Below are positions 1 through 13,100 of a stretch of 63,817 nt of DNA, one piece after another; the stretch's first letter is position 1; every line of letters begins with the position of its first letter. The DNA is taken from the NCBI GenBank assembly GCA_002633005.1, contig NMRA01000177.1:387942-451758 (forward strand), read 5' to 3'. Position numbers and translations under genes: made by a program. Under the pieces are notes generated by a model. It made no database searches. It saw only the letters and a program-made list of their open reading frames with translations, and had not been told where the DNA came from. Source of the stretch: Phoronis australis (taxonomy: Eukaryota; Animalia; Phoronida).

Positions 1-235
1 CACATTTCTTAAACGGTTACACCAGGGGGAGCAAACTTCATTTTATTTCATGCCTAACCGATTGCTTTTCCATAACAGCTGTTGGGTAAAAGTCATGTTT
101 ACAATAATGTGTGAAAGTGTGAAATTAAACTGCTGGTTTGCACCATGCAGTGTGCTAAACACCCACATAGTCTTCCAGTGAAAATGGTCCCGTCTACTTT
201 CTGCTCTGTCTCGCAGCGGGTGATTAAGTTGTTAA

Positions 236-486
236 TGCAGCGAAATCTCACCAATTTAGGACACAGTATGACTTGGCGCGTTAAATTTTACGTGATCATT
301 CTGTCATTGAAACGTGTACAGAATCAAACTAAACGTTTTTGCATGTTCAAGTTTTGTAGCATGGCCATCGTCCGGCGAAGTTTTTAAAAATTGTGGGCCA
401 TTACAATAATGTTAGATGTCTTTGAAGAATGAAAAAATGTCATTTTGGCGATTAGTCTTGTCTGAAATTGGTGGGATTTTATCATA
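236..486. mobile_element. About 250-bp MITE, family M1 (diverged copy)
   Basis: Imperfect TIRs gaaatctcaccaattt / aaattggtgggatttt; same length and ends as 50602-50849. Confidence 0.7.
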
Positions 487-1466
487 TCTGCTGTCTGGTC
501 GTGGTTTTGTGCCAGGAGTCTGGTGCACCCTGGGGGCATTGTCATGTAAAGAGGAAACTCTTGGGTTTTCATTGTTTAATGGGCCATTAAAACAATGATT
601 CAGTGATGGCCACTTCCAGCATTAATTTGGTCTAGTTGCAAACACCAGCGTCAATTTATGAATGTGAATCATGACTCTGAAACAGCCGTAGATCTGAGAG
701 GGCCCATTTTTATTTTTATCTGAAATTTAAATAACTTGCCACTGTTAAAATGCCGATAAAATGGATTCCGGGTAGTGACAACGTATGGTGGTGGTGTTGA
801 ATTCAGTTTGTCCGAGCTTATAACTGTTGTGACTAGTGCAGTGGCCTATCCTAAATTGAGCTTGTGTTCATTTATTTCAAGAGTGGGTGTGTTTGTTAAT
901 TTTTTTCTGTGGAGACATGTTCTGCAATGGACCGTGCTATAAATAGACAACTCTCTGGGGGGGGCTTAACAGCTAATTTGAATTTACGTGGAATTTGTAA
1001 AATAACTTAAAATCAGCCATCACAACGTCTTTTTTTGGTGGTAACACTGTGTTTAGATATTTATAGAAATGCAAATAGGTAATGCAAATTTTATGTAAAA
1101 CATTACTTTGACTAATGCTTTTACTGACTACTGAGTCATGTAGCAAGTTCTGACCTTGAAATCTTTGTGTTTAATTAAAGCAGGTTTTAGTAAGTAACCG
1201 TTATCGACCTTCATGAATCTGTCCCTTCTGAGGTGAAGTTTGGGTAGTGGTTGAAGACAAGAATATGTTAGAAAAGCTATTAAAGAACGATTTTGTGAAA
1301 TGGCTCAACAAGCATAAGTGCGGTTGTAACGATGAGTTGCTGTGGTGGCTACAATGTACGTCAAAACCTAACATTATTATGCATTGGATACATTTAAGTT
1401 TTGAGAGTATTTTGCAGCAACTATGCAAAGCTTTGAGAAACAGTAAACTGGCTGATTTTAGCAATA

Positions 1467-1558
1467 GTTACAGGGTTCCTGCATTTTGAGAACCAGTTTG
1501 ACGCGTGTTATTCTGGGGAGAAAACTGGCTCTAGAAATGCGGGGCCCTCGTTAGTGAC
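1467..1558. mobile_element. MITE family M2 copy
   Basis: tacagggttcctgcattttgagaaccagttt...aaactggctctagaaatgcggggccc...agtga. Confidence 0.75.
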
Positions 1559-4018
1559 TATGGTATTACCCAAGATCTGCTGTACTCCAAATATGAGACA
1601 GACATTGGTCTTGGTACTGTACTTCATTAGTTCTGCATTTCATTAGTTATTACCCGTTTGCCTGACAGTGTTTAATGTTATAAACCTTTAAACTGGTCTT
1701 GTTATGGTTAATTTATCAAGTGCTGGTAGGCTGTTATTTCATTACCAAAATAGAGTTTCTCCAAGCCTCCCAATGTTGTACTGCTGTGAGAACTTCTCTT
1801 ACTAACAAGCTGCTGTCATAGGTATCATTGTAAAATTTTAAAAAATTTGGTTAGCAGGAATAACTGTGGCTGATGCCCACGCGAAAGTTACTTTGGTCGA
1901 TCTTCAGTGTGTGTTTCAAACAGCAGTAAATTCGGGTTCGACTGTTGGGCAATGTTTACCGTAGGCAGGCCTGTCTTTGTGGTCCTTAACCCGAATGAAA
2001 ATATTACGACTCAGATGCCCGTGTTAAAGAAATTGGAAGTGTCCAACCCACTCCTCTTTAGCTTTGTGAAGCTACACAAGTGACTTTCACTGGACCCAAT
2101 TTCTAATTCTGGCAGTCCACGAATGCCGTAAGACTTCATTCTTTCACAGTGTTTGGCTGAATGTGCCAATCATTTGAATGTCCTGCTAACAACTGAGGTA
2201 ATAGGCCTGTCCTGAAATATCCCAGTACCACTGTCATTTTAATGTGTTTACCCATAATGCATCATCACATGTGTCAAGTGCCTGTCCTGCTTCTTCACAT
2301 ACAAGGCACTCCTGTCTCAATAATTGTTATCATTGTAATGCAGGCAAATTTGTTTTATTGCATTTTAATTTCAATGACATAATTAAGAAATAAACAAAAC
2401 AGGCAAATATTACTTTTAAAGGTGTAATGTATTGTTCTTTGCTTGTGAATCAACTCTGGAATGGCAGACATTTTGAAAAAAGTGTCAGTCTTGTGAGGTA
2501 TTTTTCTATCCCCGCAAAGAAGATAGTTCAATCGAGTGCGGTCCTATTTGGTAGCATGATGGTCACAAAGGTTTTCTTTGGCGCTGAAGATCGGTCTAGC
2601 AAATGTTCTCTATCACCTTCTTGCGACAACTTATTTTATTATTTATTGCCGCAATATCAGAAATTGGGTATTGCTATGCAATGGAAGATATTCGTGTTTC
2701 GTGCTAGCTTGCTTTTAAAGTGTTTTGCAACTGAATTGATGTTTTAAAATAAATTGTGCTGTTAAGGAAATAAAAAAACGGTGTCTTACTACCGTTGTAT
2801 ATGTGTGGTGTATGATAACAGATTGAAGTTGGATGGCATATTCGCTAAACAGTCTATGAATTGGTAAAGTGATGTGCTTGCGTCGTGAGTTTCAGTAACC
2901 TGCTTCATGATGCAGAGCTAAAATGTTAGAATAGACTAAGTCACCATCGCGCTCAGCTTACATCTCTAGTTGTCAGGTTGCCTGGAATGTTGACGCAAAC
3001 TTCATAGCCAGGTCTTGAAGCCTTTTTGTTTGGTGTTCTTATCTGGCCAGATCGGTGTAGACTAATGAGCCTGACTTTCCACTCTAACCTCTTTTTAACA
3101 GTAAATCGATATTGTCTGGCCACACTCTGTCCCAAAGGCAGACGGTTTACATTCCGATGTGGTTTGGATTAAACCTTATAGCTGGAATACCAAACAGAAG
3201 ATGGGTTTTTGTTGGTGTTTATTTTTGCTAACTGCATGTATTTATTCGTTTGCCATGGCGTATTTACAATTCGTCATCCACTGTGACCAAAGCCACACTC
3301 TTCATTCGGAATGATGCAAACAGTCATGCTTTTCCCTCGAAATTTAAATATGCTATCGTTTGTGCAAAATAAGACCGGAGTATTCCGTTTTGAAAAAAAA
3401 ATTAATGGCGCCTGATTTGTTCTTCTGCTTTCTGCTGGAAATTCCGCCAAACGTTTTTCAGAATTGTTTGTCCATTGCATTTAAGTGTCTCCTTCTGTGG
3501 TCTTGTGCTCTCAACGCACTTCCATGTTTGTTAGAGTTGGGGGTGGGTGTGGGTGTAAGGAACAGGGCCCAACATTCTGAGGAGGCCGCGCCGTGTGGTG
3601 TGATGGTTGTTTCAATTTTGACAGTTCTGGTTTAGTTTACATGTGACTAAACATTCCGTGACACAAATGTTAGAGGAGATGATAGTTTTTATGCCCAACT
3701 TCAGCACTGTCCTAAAAATAGACTGAATGGTGCAAAGTGTTTTTTTTTAATAGCGTCTAGGTCCGTCTGCAATGTCCATGGCTTAGGATTTATGTACAAC
3801 ACTTAATAAGGATGTATGAAATTAATCACTGTAAAATCTTGCCAGCAAATCTTGAATTTCTCAATTTTTTAAGAGAAGTTGCTCCACGGGACTGCTTACT
3901 TTTTGCGAAGCCTTTTTCAGAAAATTGATGAGGTTTTGTGGAATATTGATGATTTTCAGTGAGAAAATAAGATTTTACCGTAATGGGGGACGTTAACACG
4001 GTGTTATTGTTGTTCCAG

Positions 4019-4158
4019 CTTCAGCCTGAGTAGTCTCGATTCTACCGAGGAATTGGTGGAGGATGTGCGTACAGGAAGTGAGATGGACGTGAGTCTGGTT
4101 GGCGCTGCCGTCGACAGTAGGCGCAGCCCAAATTCCTCGCTCAACTCTGAACCCTCAG
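4019..4158 (+). CDS. ARHGEF18: RhoGEF coding exon (FSLSSLDSTEELVEDV...NSEPS)
   Basis: ttgttccag acceptor, G|GTAGGG donor, open frame, phase joins next exon. Confidence 0.75.
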
Positions 4159-7100
4159 GTAGGGGTGAGGGAGAGTCTGCTGAGGGTGGGTGGTAGAAAT
4201 TGGGGTGGGTGGAGATGTCTGGTGATGGTGATAAAGGGAGAAAAATTTTGTGGGTGTCTTCACTTTTTTGGTAACCGAACACTTCCGTGTTTCATTGGTT
4301 TGATTTTGGATTGAAAACTATTGCACACTAAGTTTTAAAATATTTGAATTTTTGTACAGTCAGATTAGCCCTGGACTTTCGAAACATTTTACTCGGTTTG
4401 TTTTCAAAACACTCTGTTTCTACTTAATTTCCATTGGTAATTGTCTCCCTTGCAGCTCAGAGCACACCAGTGGAGCAATGTTCGCCCAATCACAGGCCAG
4501 GTACTGCAGCCTCCATCCGGTCAGCCAATGACATTGCTCTGGATCTGGACACATCGGCTGATAATGAGGTCAGTGTCAAACCTACAAGCCGCTTGAAGGG
4601 TTCTCACCTTGTGGCCATGTGCAGAAAATTTATGACGCATGTTGCCAGGTTTCTGAGAAAATGAGGCCAATGTAAAAGCCGCCACCTCCTAAAATTCGGT
4701 TCCCGCTGAGAGACATTGCCAGAAGTTCTCGGAATTTTAAGTGTCGGTATTTTATGAATAAGTAATTAATATTTTATTGTCCATACTTTTAGTTTCTTGT
4801 GGTATTACTTTGTCTCCGTATTGTTTTGTATATTTATTCTACTGTTTGCCTAGTTTTTATGGGAAAATAAGTGATGGAAAGGGAGTTATGCAGTGGTAAA
4901 CTGGTATAAAATGAAAATGCGAGTGAGAACCGTCTATCTAAGTCGATCTTTGTGAGCGATGATCGTGTTGCGTATGGATGCTCCTCGCGTTGCCTGACTT
5001 GTGTTGTTCCTTTTGACCCAGGCTCACGAGGATAAGATCGCGGCCCACATGTCGTTCAGCGAGAGCTCCCCCTCCCTGGCGGCGGTCAACATGCGAGGGG
5101 TCAACTCGGACATGGCCAAGTCTACATCCACACCCCACATCTCCAACTTCCAGGCCAACAAGGAAAACGGTAACTGAAGACAAGCTGTGGCCTGTCACTC
5201 GCAGCTTCAATTTCATTTTTTGAAGATGTGTCCAGTATCGAGCTGTTTAGTCAGACTTGGTGGATAAATTATCACCAACTTTGTGCAGAAAAATCGCCAA
5301 AATTGTCCTTTTTCATTGTTCAAGGGCTTCTCACATTTTATGAGCGCCCAGAACAAAACTTTAAAATGTCAAAGCATAAATTTGGTGTTTCTCATCTTTT
5401 ATTTAAAAAAGGAAATAAAATTTCACTTGTTTGCTATATTTTGTCCTAATCTGATGTGTTTTTACAGTAATTGATATGTAAATCTTTACAGCACCCAAGT
5501 GGATAATTGTAATTTTATTTTAATTTGTTAAATTTTTCTATGGAGGGAAATCGTTTTCTGCAAATTCTGATGTGTTACTGACATGAATTATGCCGAGTGC
5601 AGCTGACCTACTTCCATTGCCAAATCCGAGATTTCGCACCGCTCGTATCTTGTGTATTACGAGCCTCATGGAATGCATCCTTGCATGGTCTATCCAGTGT
5701 TCTCCAATTCAGAATTTGAAAGGGGGCATGAATGTAGTTTTTTAGCTACGACCGAAAGTTATTGGTGAGTTTGGGAATAGGACCTCCAGAAGAAATTTTG
5801 AAAGTAAACACCTCATTTCCTGTATTTGGGGAGTCTTTTTGTTGAAGCAGGTAATGTAGTTCAGGGATAGCGAGGGCGGGTTTCACACAGTATGGGGGTG
5901 GGAAATTAAGACTGTTAGTATATTCTGACTTGAAATGGGCAGAAACAAGGGTAGAGAATTCCATCAGGGTACAAAGCAAAACGCTGAAATTAAAAGAGGG
6001 TGGAGAAGCCTACAGTATCGTTCAAAATCGTACGATGTTGTGTTTCGGTGTCGAGACATTTTCATCTTCACTCCACATTCCTTGTTGCCACAGATCCACA
6101 TGGAAAGTTGAGTCAGCCGTCCGCGCAGGTCGTGCGACGTAGTCTACAGCATGCTGTCCAAGAGGAGCAGCACACCTCGCAGCAGTAAGTGGTGCCATCT
6201 ATTGTTGTCTTTGATCTAGGACTCGACACTGGACAGGTCGGGTGTCGATGAAATGGTTTACCATTCTAACAACTTCATATCGTCTTTGTTTATCTTTACA
6301 GTTTTTTGAAAGCTTTGCCTGTCTTGCTACTAATCGTGGTTATGATTTCTCTTGAGAGCCACCTTTTGCTGATCTTTTCATTGGCATTCATGATTTGCAT
6401 CTTATGCTTCTGCACTGTCTCACCAGAGGGCAGCATCACTGATATGCAGAGTCAGCTGCAACCCCAAGCCTTCCGACCCCTCCCATCTTTATTGGAGAAC
6501 ATTACCACCAACACTGTCATAGTCTGGTACTCATCTTTGACTAGTTTTAGACTTGACTGTCTAGTTAACCATTAGAATTAGTACTTACAAATGGCTTCAC
6601 AACTGCTTGTACCAGCCGTCTTTTCGGAGACGACAGTTTGCAACGATGGGTTTTATCCATCCCACTTTCCCCATTCGCCATCCCGTTGCTCCCTCTTGTG
6701 GTGGCTTTCTTCAATTTCACCCGTCCTTCGGCCATTCTTGCAGGCTGTCGAGACAACAGAGCTTCGTCATCTTACAACATCTTATCGAGGAACACGAGTG
6801 AGTTGACGACCGCTGTTGTCCTGGTGATGTGTTGCCAAGGAAACACAATCATGCCACGACAACATGTCTGCCTGTCTGTCTGTTTGCTTGTCTGCCATTT
6901 GTTGCTTGGATTTTGGCTGTGTGTTCTAATTGCACACCTAGTCTTGGAATTTTGTTGGCTTTGTTTCACGCCGCTTACCGTTTTCAAGCACTCATGTTTC
7001 AAACTTTCAGTTTCCCACTCTTAAGTTTGTTTCATGAAAAACTAGGGCTTTAAGTGCTGTTGTTTTGTATCGCTTTTCACTAGAAGCAAACGTACACTTC

Positions 7101-10100
7101 AGTTGAGTACCCGAAATGTGCCTTAGCGTTATGAACATGAACATTGTGTGATTTTGTTCCTCAGTTTTCTGCAACCGTTTTTACATAGACAATAGTCACA
7201 ATGTGTCCTTAAATAACATGTTGCCCCTGCGTTGGTAAAACTGCAGTGAATTATTGTTTGTGAAATCCTAGATTGACTTCAAACTGGTGTGTCAGCAAGC
7301 TTGTTGTGTGTGGCATGGTGCTGTCCAGCTCACTTCTGTGCATGCATTGTTCATGTAATACCAATGTTCTACTCAGTTAATAGATTTTAGTTGCCGTGGT
7401 GACTGCTTGTGGTTAGCAAAAATACCAACAGAGGTCAGTGGAACTACTTCAGTCTAGTCATCCACCAGAAGTCACCACGACTGATTGAGTTACCGGAAGT
7501 ACCACCAGAGGTCACTGGATTAGTTTAATTAACAGATGCACCACTAGAAATCACCTTGACCTTTAGTTAATGCAAGTGCCTATAGGGGTCTTTGGTAACT
7601 CACTAATTCCCGCTACGGAGTTGTTCCTAATCCTGCTGCTTTTACGCCCATTATATTTGCTTTTTTGCTCTCTAAACTACAGGTGTAGTGAATTATCACA
7701 TTTTTGCGTATTTCAGTTCTCTATAATTTTGATAACTTGTGCCGTTGCGTTAACTTTGTAAGCGTGCTGTAGTACTTGCATAATTCTCTGAGACTTGTCT
7801 AGTAACACTCACATGTTAGTCTGGCCCTATTTTCACTCCCTAGTGCGCGGCGGACCCAGGAGGCGGGCCCCTCATTTAGAGACGCCGTCCATAGTCGGCC
7901 GAGGATGTCGGTTATTGAATTCCTCAATGAGTAAGTCACCACTCACCGTGTCTGTGCGTGTGTGTGTGAACTGTCGTAGTTGTAGTTAGACTCACTACCC
8001 TGTATCACGTGTCCGCTGACTGGTGGAGAGGCTGTTAGAGGCCTGTTGGTGATGGACGGAGTTCCGCGAAGCATTGGCTATTGGGCAAGTGGGACCGGTG
8101 ACTCGGGTGTCTGTGTTAGGCATTAGAATATAGTGGCTGCACTTATCCTTAAAAAGGTATGGAACGCGAAAGCTCATCAAAAATATCTTTTAAACAACTC
8201 CTAACAAAAGTATCACCTCGCAACGTCTAGTATGAGTAATTCACTTTCCCCGTGAGGAAATTTACAGAAAAAGTCACAAAATTCATGATTTTTTAAATAC
8301 GCGAGAAGGAAAAACTCTATGGTTACCACAATGTTTTTAATCTCCCTTCCACTTGTGATAAATACGCGCATGTGCCCACAGTCAGTTGCTTGAAGTCGCT
8401 TGAGGTTAAAGGTCACATTTTCCATATAAGGGAAATGAGCCACATCTATGTCTTGCCTTACCAAATAAGGAGACGGGCTTTGCCTTGTGGGGGAAAATTG
8501 ACAAAGTGGCTAGCAGTTGACAGACCGTTTTTTTTTGAAATTTGAAACTATCAAAAGGGTTTGATATCAACAGAAATTAAAAATCTTTACAAACAAGTCC
8601 TAAAAGTACCTGGTGAGCAGATTGAATTCTGTTTCAGTGGCAGAGAACCAATTTCAACATTGCAATTTAGTCTGTAGCGTTCTAGGCCTCTTTAACGGAA
8701 GCTGCCTTTTATGGTGAAAAGGGCTTACGTAGACCATTGTGAAGTTTCTTGTTTGTTGACAGGGACACGTGTGTTATTAGTCCCACTTTACCCATCACCA
8801 TGGCTTTGCGGAGATTTCCTATTGGCTGGCTGTGTGAATGACTCATCATTGGAACGAGTAATGTAAACTCAAGCAGAGTCGATTGGTAGGATATTGATTC
8901 ACACAGAGCTTTACAATTTTCACGTAATCTAAATAAGACTGGGATACTTATGTGCGAAGGCTGGAATTGGCCATGGTCTTCATAACGTAGTAGAGTAACC
9001 TTCCTAGTGCAGGTTTAAAAGTTCAGGCTGGACTGTGGGGAGGGAGTTCTGCTCGTCTGGCAATTCGTCGTTAACACTGCTAGCTTCCACATGCGCAGCC
9101 GTCAATAATTGGTCTTAAGGGGGTTCTAGCTGTTCGCTGAGAGAGANNNNNNNNNNNNNNNNNNNNNNNNNNNNNNNNNNNNNNNNNNNNNNNNNNNNNN
9201 NNNNNNNNNNNNNNNNNNNNNNNNNNNNNNNNNNNNNNNNNNNNNNNNNNNNNNNTTGTGTGTGAACAGGGAATCGCTAATACAAGCCGTGTTCAGTACC
9301 GTATACTGACTGACTTGGCTAAGTCAGGGAGGGGCTTCCCCTGAAGTTAGAAATACTGGGAAAAAGGAATGTTGAGATAATGACCTGGACTTTGCCATTT
9401 TAGAAACTCTGTTCTATGGTTAAAATTTCACCAAAGTGCTGGGTAGTGTTCGTTCATTTCCTGTCGTTTTCGCATTAAACAGAATTGGCAGCAAGGACGG
9501 GGGAAACGGTATTTTTCCAGGCTATTTTGGCGTGTACTATCTGTGCAAGGTAAACTGCTTTTACAGAAGGTGTCATTTGCATGACATATTCTTCATAGCG
9601 GTGTCTTCCGATTGGAGTCTTTATGTAATAGTTCACTCTTGGAGTGGGGATACGATTACATTTCGGACACGAAATTCTGCGAAAGGGTAGAACTTACGGG
9701 CACCCTCTTTGTGTCCTTGTATTCCGGGAGCCCACCCGCGTCACAAGAATGGCACTGCTCTACCGTGGGGCTGTGGAGCTGTTTATAAACTAGGCCTTAA
9801 GTTTTAAAATAATTTGAAGCAGTTGTAGCTATAGTAGTAGTGGTGGTAGTGGTAGTGGTAGTGGTAGTAGTAGTAGCAGCAGTTGTAGCGGCAATAGTCT
9901 CATACAGGGGTTCCAGATTTTGAGAACCAGATTGACGCTTATTATTCAGTGGAGAAACCTGGTTCTGAAAATACGGGACCCCTTTAAGTGACTTACAGTT
10001 GCAGCAGCAGTAGGCGCTGATCCAGGGTCACAGTTAGAGGGTCTAGCTCTTGATCAACGCCTGCATTTTATGTCTCTTTCTCGCATGAGGTTGGCTTTTA

Positions 10101-13100
10101 ATGGAAATTTCTGAGCTTGTTTGCTTTATCCTAAATGGTGATGGGAAGCAAAAGGTAACATCCCTTTTGCAAGGTTTGTGCGTTCACTGCGGAATAGCTT
10201 GAGCCAATCGGCTTTGCACTGTTAACCTAGCTTCCTACCTCTGAATTATCCTTAGTACCTTTCCATCGTGCCCGATGTCACTGTTCACCTAAATGTTAGA
10301 GCAGGTCTCCTTGAAGTGCCTTTGAAAACTATTTGCCTTACGTCTTCAATTGATCAGTGTGTATTAACACTGATTGTATGTTACCTTCATAAGTTCAACA
10401 TTCATGTTCAAGTCAGTTTTCACTGTGATCCACTTTGTTGTGCATAAACTTCTTTATTGCTCATAATTTTATTGTATTCGCTCACTTTCCTTGATGTGCC
10501 GCCAGTCAACGGTGCTTGAATCCTAGTGGCTAATTCGCATCATTGTCCAAGGTTTGTTTTGAAAAAAAAAATGGTTTTCGGCGGCACTTTGAGTTAAGAT
10601 TGTTCACTTTAATTGAGAAACCCACTCCTGTTCAAGGACCCGGCCAGTCAAAAGAACCCTGTAAAGATTAGTTGCTGTTCTCGTCCTTGATACCCTGCGT
10701 AGAATATCTCTCTTGAAAAGTTGGGGGGTAGGCGTTCACCAGAATTATGCACACCATGTGGATGTAAACAAAGAAATTTTTAAGAATTCCTAGCAGGGTG
10801 TTTACCTGGACGAGTACAGTATTTAGAATCCTGTTCCGATTCTCCATTGTTTTGTGCAGTATTTAGGATCCTGTTCCGATTCTCCACTGTTTTGTATAAT
10901 ATTTAGGTTCCTGTTCTCATTCTCTGTACTGTTTTTGCCAGTTCGTCCCGACATAAAGTCGGTCACGTTCGTACCCACTCGCGTGCCCTGTAAGTAATAC
11001 TAACTACTTATTCGTTGTTGTGGTGAAATTGTTAACTTTAGCTCCATGTTGTTGCCTGGTAACCACGTCACCATAGTAACTTAGTGGTTGGAAGTGTTCA
11101 AAGGTGTTGATGTAGATGTTGTCCCCTGAAAGATTATTATTGTTGTCTTTTTAATCATGCTTGCCCCTGAATAAATGTTTAGTGTTGATGTCTCTTGTCG
11201 TTACTTGCCATGTTAATATTTGTACCAGTTTAGGACAGTGGACCTGTTATACGAATTTCGGGGCATGAGCCTAGATGCGAAACACCTAACATGTGTCCGC
11301 TATTTCTCAATTATTTCAAACTTCCAAGCTTGATTCCTTATTGCCAAGAAAGTTGTTTTCCAGGAACTGAAATTTCGGAAGACTTTCTGTAGAGTTCCCG
11401 TTTAACAAGAAGATTTAACACCTTGAGTTGTTATTGAAGCTAACTCTCCAACTTTAACGTGTGGATGGCGTGTTTTGTTCTGACGTGTTATGTTTTTGTT
11501 ATTAACTTGTCATGCCTTGGCATCTGGAGGATTTGGTGGAAATGGAGTTCAGGAGTTAATGTCCGTTATACATTCCGTAGACACTATGCATTTTGTAGAG
11601 GCATGAATTTCACAAGTAAACCCAGTTGTGATCACATGCTTTGCTTGTAATGCATGTTGATGTCTTGCAAAGTCTTGCATGACTTTGACTTTTCGCCGTT
11701 TTTTGGATCTACGGAACGCATTACCCTGGGCTAGGTATCTTGAAACAGTTTGGTTTGCACAAAACAATGTAAGAAACGTTCAACAATGGAAGCCTTGTGT
11801 GTTGTGGTAAGGTGCCGTTGTCTAGCGTTCGACATTGAATGCAACAGGCTTCCCTCGGGGCCGTTATTAATTTACAGGGGTTGCTTTATGTACCAGAGGG
11901 TTTTCCATCCCTGTTTTGAAATGTTGGAATGAATAAATCTTGCAAGTTCAGACCACACCGGCTGTCTTAAAAGCTGTCACCAAGCAAAATCGTATTTATT
12001 GGACTTGTGTAAAATTATTATGAAAATTTACGGTTACCGCGCTTATCTCCATTTTCACCAAATTTGTCCAGCAATGCTGAGTGCTGTTTGGGCTCATATA
12101 GCTCCGTGGTCTGGCGGTTACATTCTGACTGAACGTGTCTTTTAGCCCCTCCAACTTTGAGAACGACGATGATCGTCCCAAACACAGCAGCAAAGAGGAC
12201 AAGAGACGACGCAGTATGTTCGCCAAATTCGGCAGTTACAGACAGAAGAAGGTTAGTGATACTTTGATACTGGTGCTAGACTGTTTGAAAATTTTTGGTG
12301 TCTCCAAAAATCTAACTTATCTCGTACAACCCCTGATTTGAAAATTGTGGGTTTTTTTTCATATTTCGGGTTGAAATCCCTTCTTTTGGTTTTTAAGGCA
12401 GCAAGTTGTCGCTCCTGGTTGCAGGCGATAACGCCACGGACTGAGTAATGTTCGTTGATTGTTTCAAGTGGAATATTCACCGCCACCAAATGTAATTCTT
12501 CGAGTTTGAAGTTTGCTACTGGGGATTGACCTGATTAGTCGGGGATTCAGATTCAGATTCAAATTGGTTTTGTGACGGTGCAAAACTGTTGTGGAGCTCG
12601 CTGTACATGTGCCCTCCTTCAGACGCACAGTACTGTTGAAGCTCTTCTTGATGCCCCTCTGTTAACAACAGTCTTTGTCCACCTGGTCGTATTTCTTCGT
12701 TTTCTACCCATGGCCGTCTCCATATTCAACGCACAGGTCACACATTTTCCAGTCCTGTGTTGACCTCAGGCGTATGATTGGCTGGTCCTAGTTTGAAGTC
12801 TGTCCATACGGTAGCAATTGAGTCGAGTCAGTCACAGACTTCAAACTGGAGTAAAGCAGGAGAGCAAGAGCTGTACACTGGGTATATTCATAACCAACAT
12901 CATTTTCATTATGATCTTTACGCTTGGTGTTCTTGTTGTTGTTAATGCGTTGTTGCTTGACATCCACAGAAAGATAAAGAGCACAGTAAGCTTCGCTCCA
13001 ACCACAGTTATGTGTCCGTGTCGTTCAGCAATTCGAGGCTCTGTGACGCCTGCGGCAAGTCAATGGCCAACAAGCACGCCCTCCAGTGTGAAAGTAAGTA

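Noticed and set aside
145-3635. Short ORFs in the first 4 kb
   Set aside because: AT-rich with mostly non-ATG starts and no motifs or in-phase splice pairs; treated as intron
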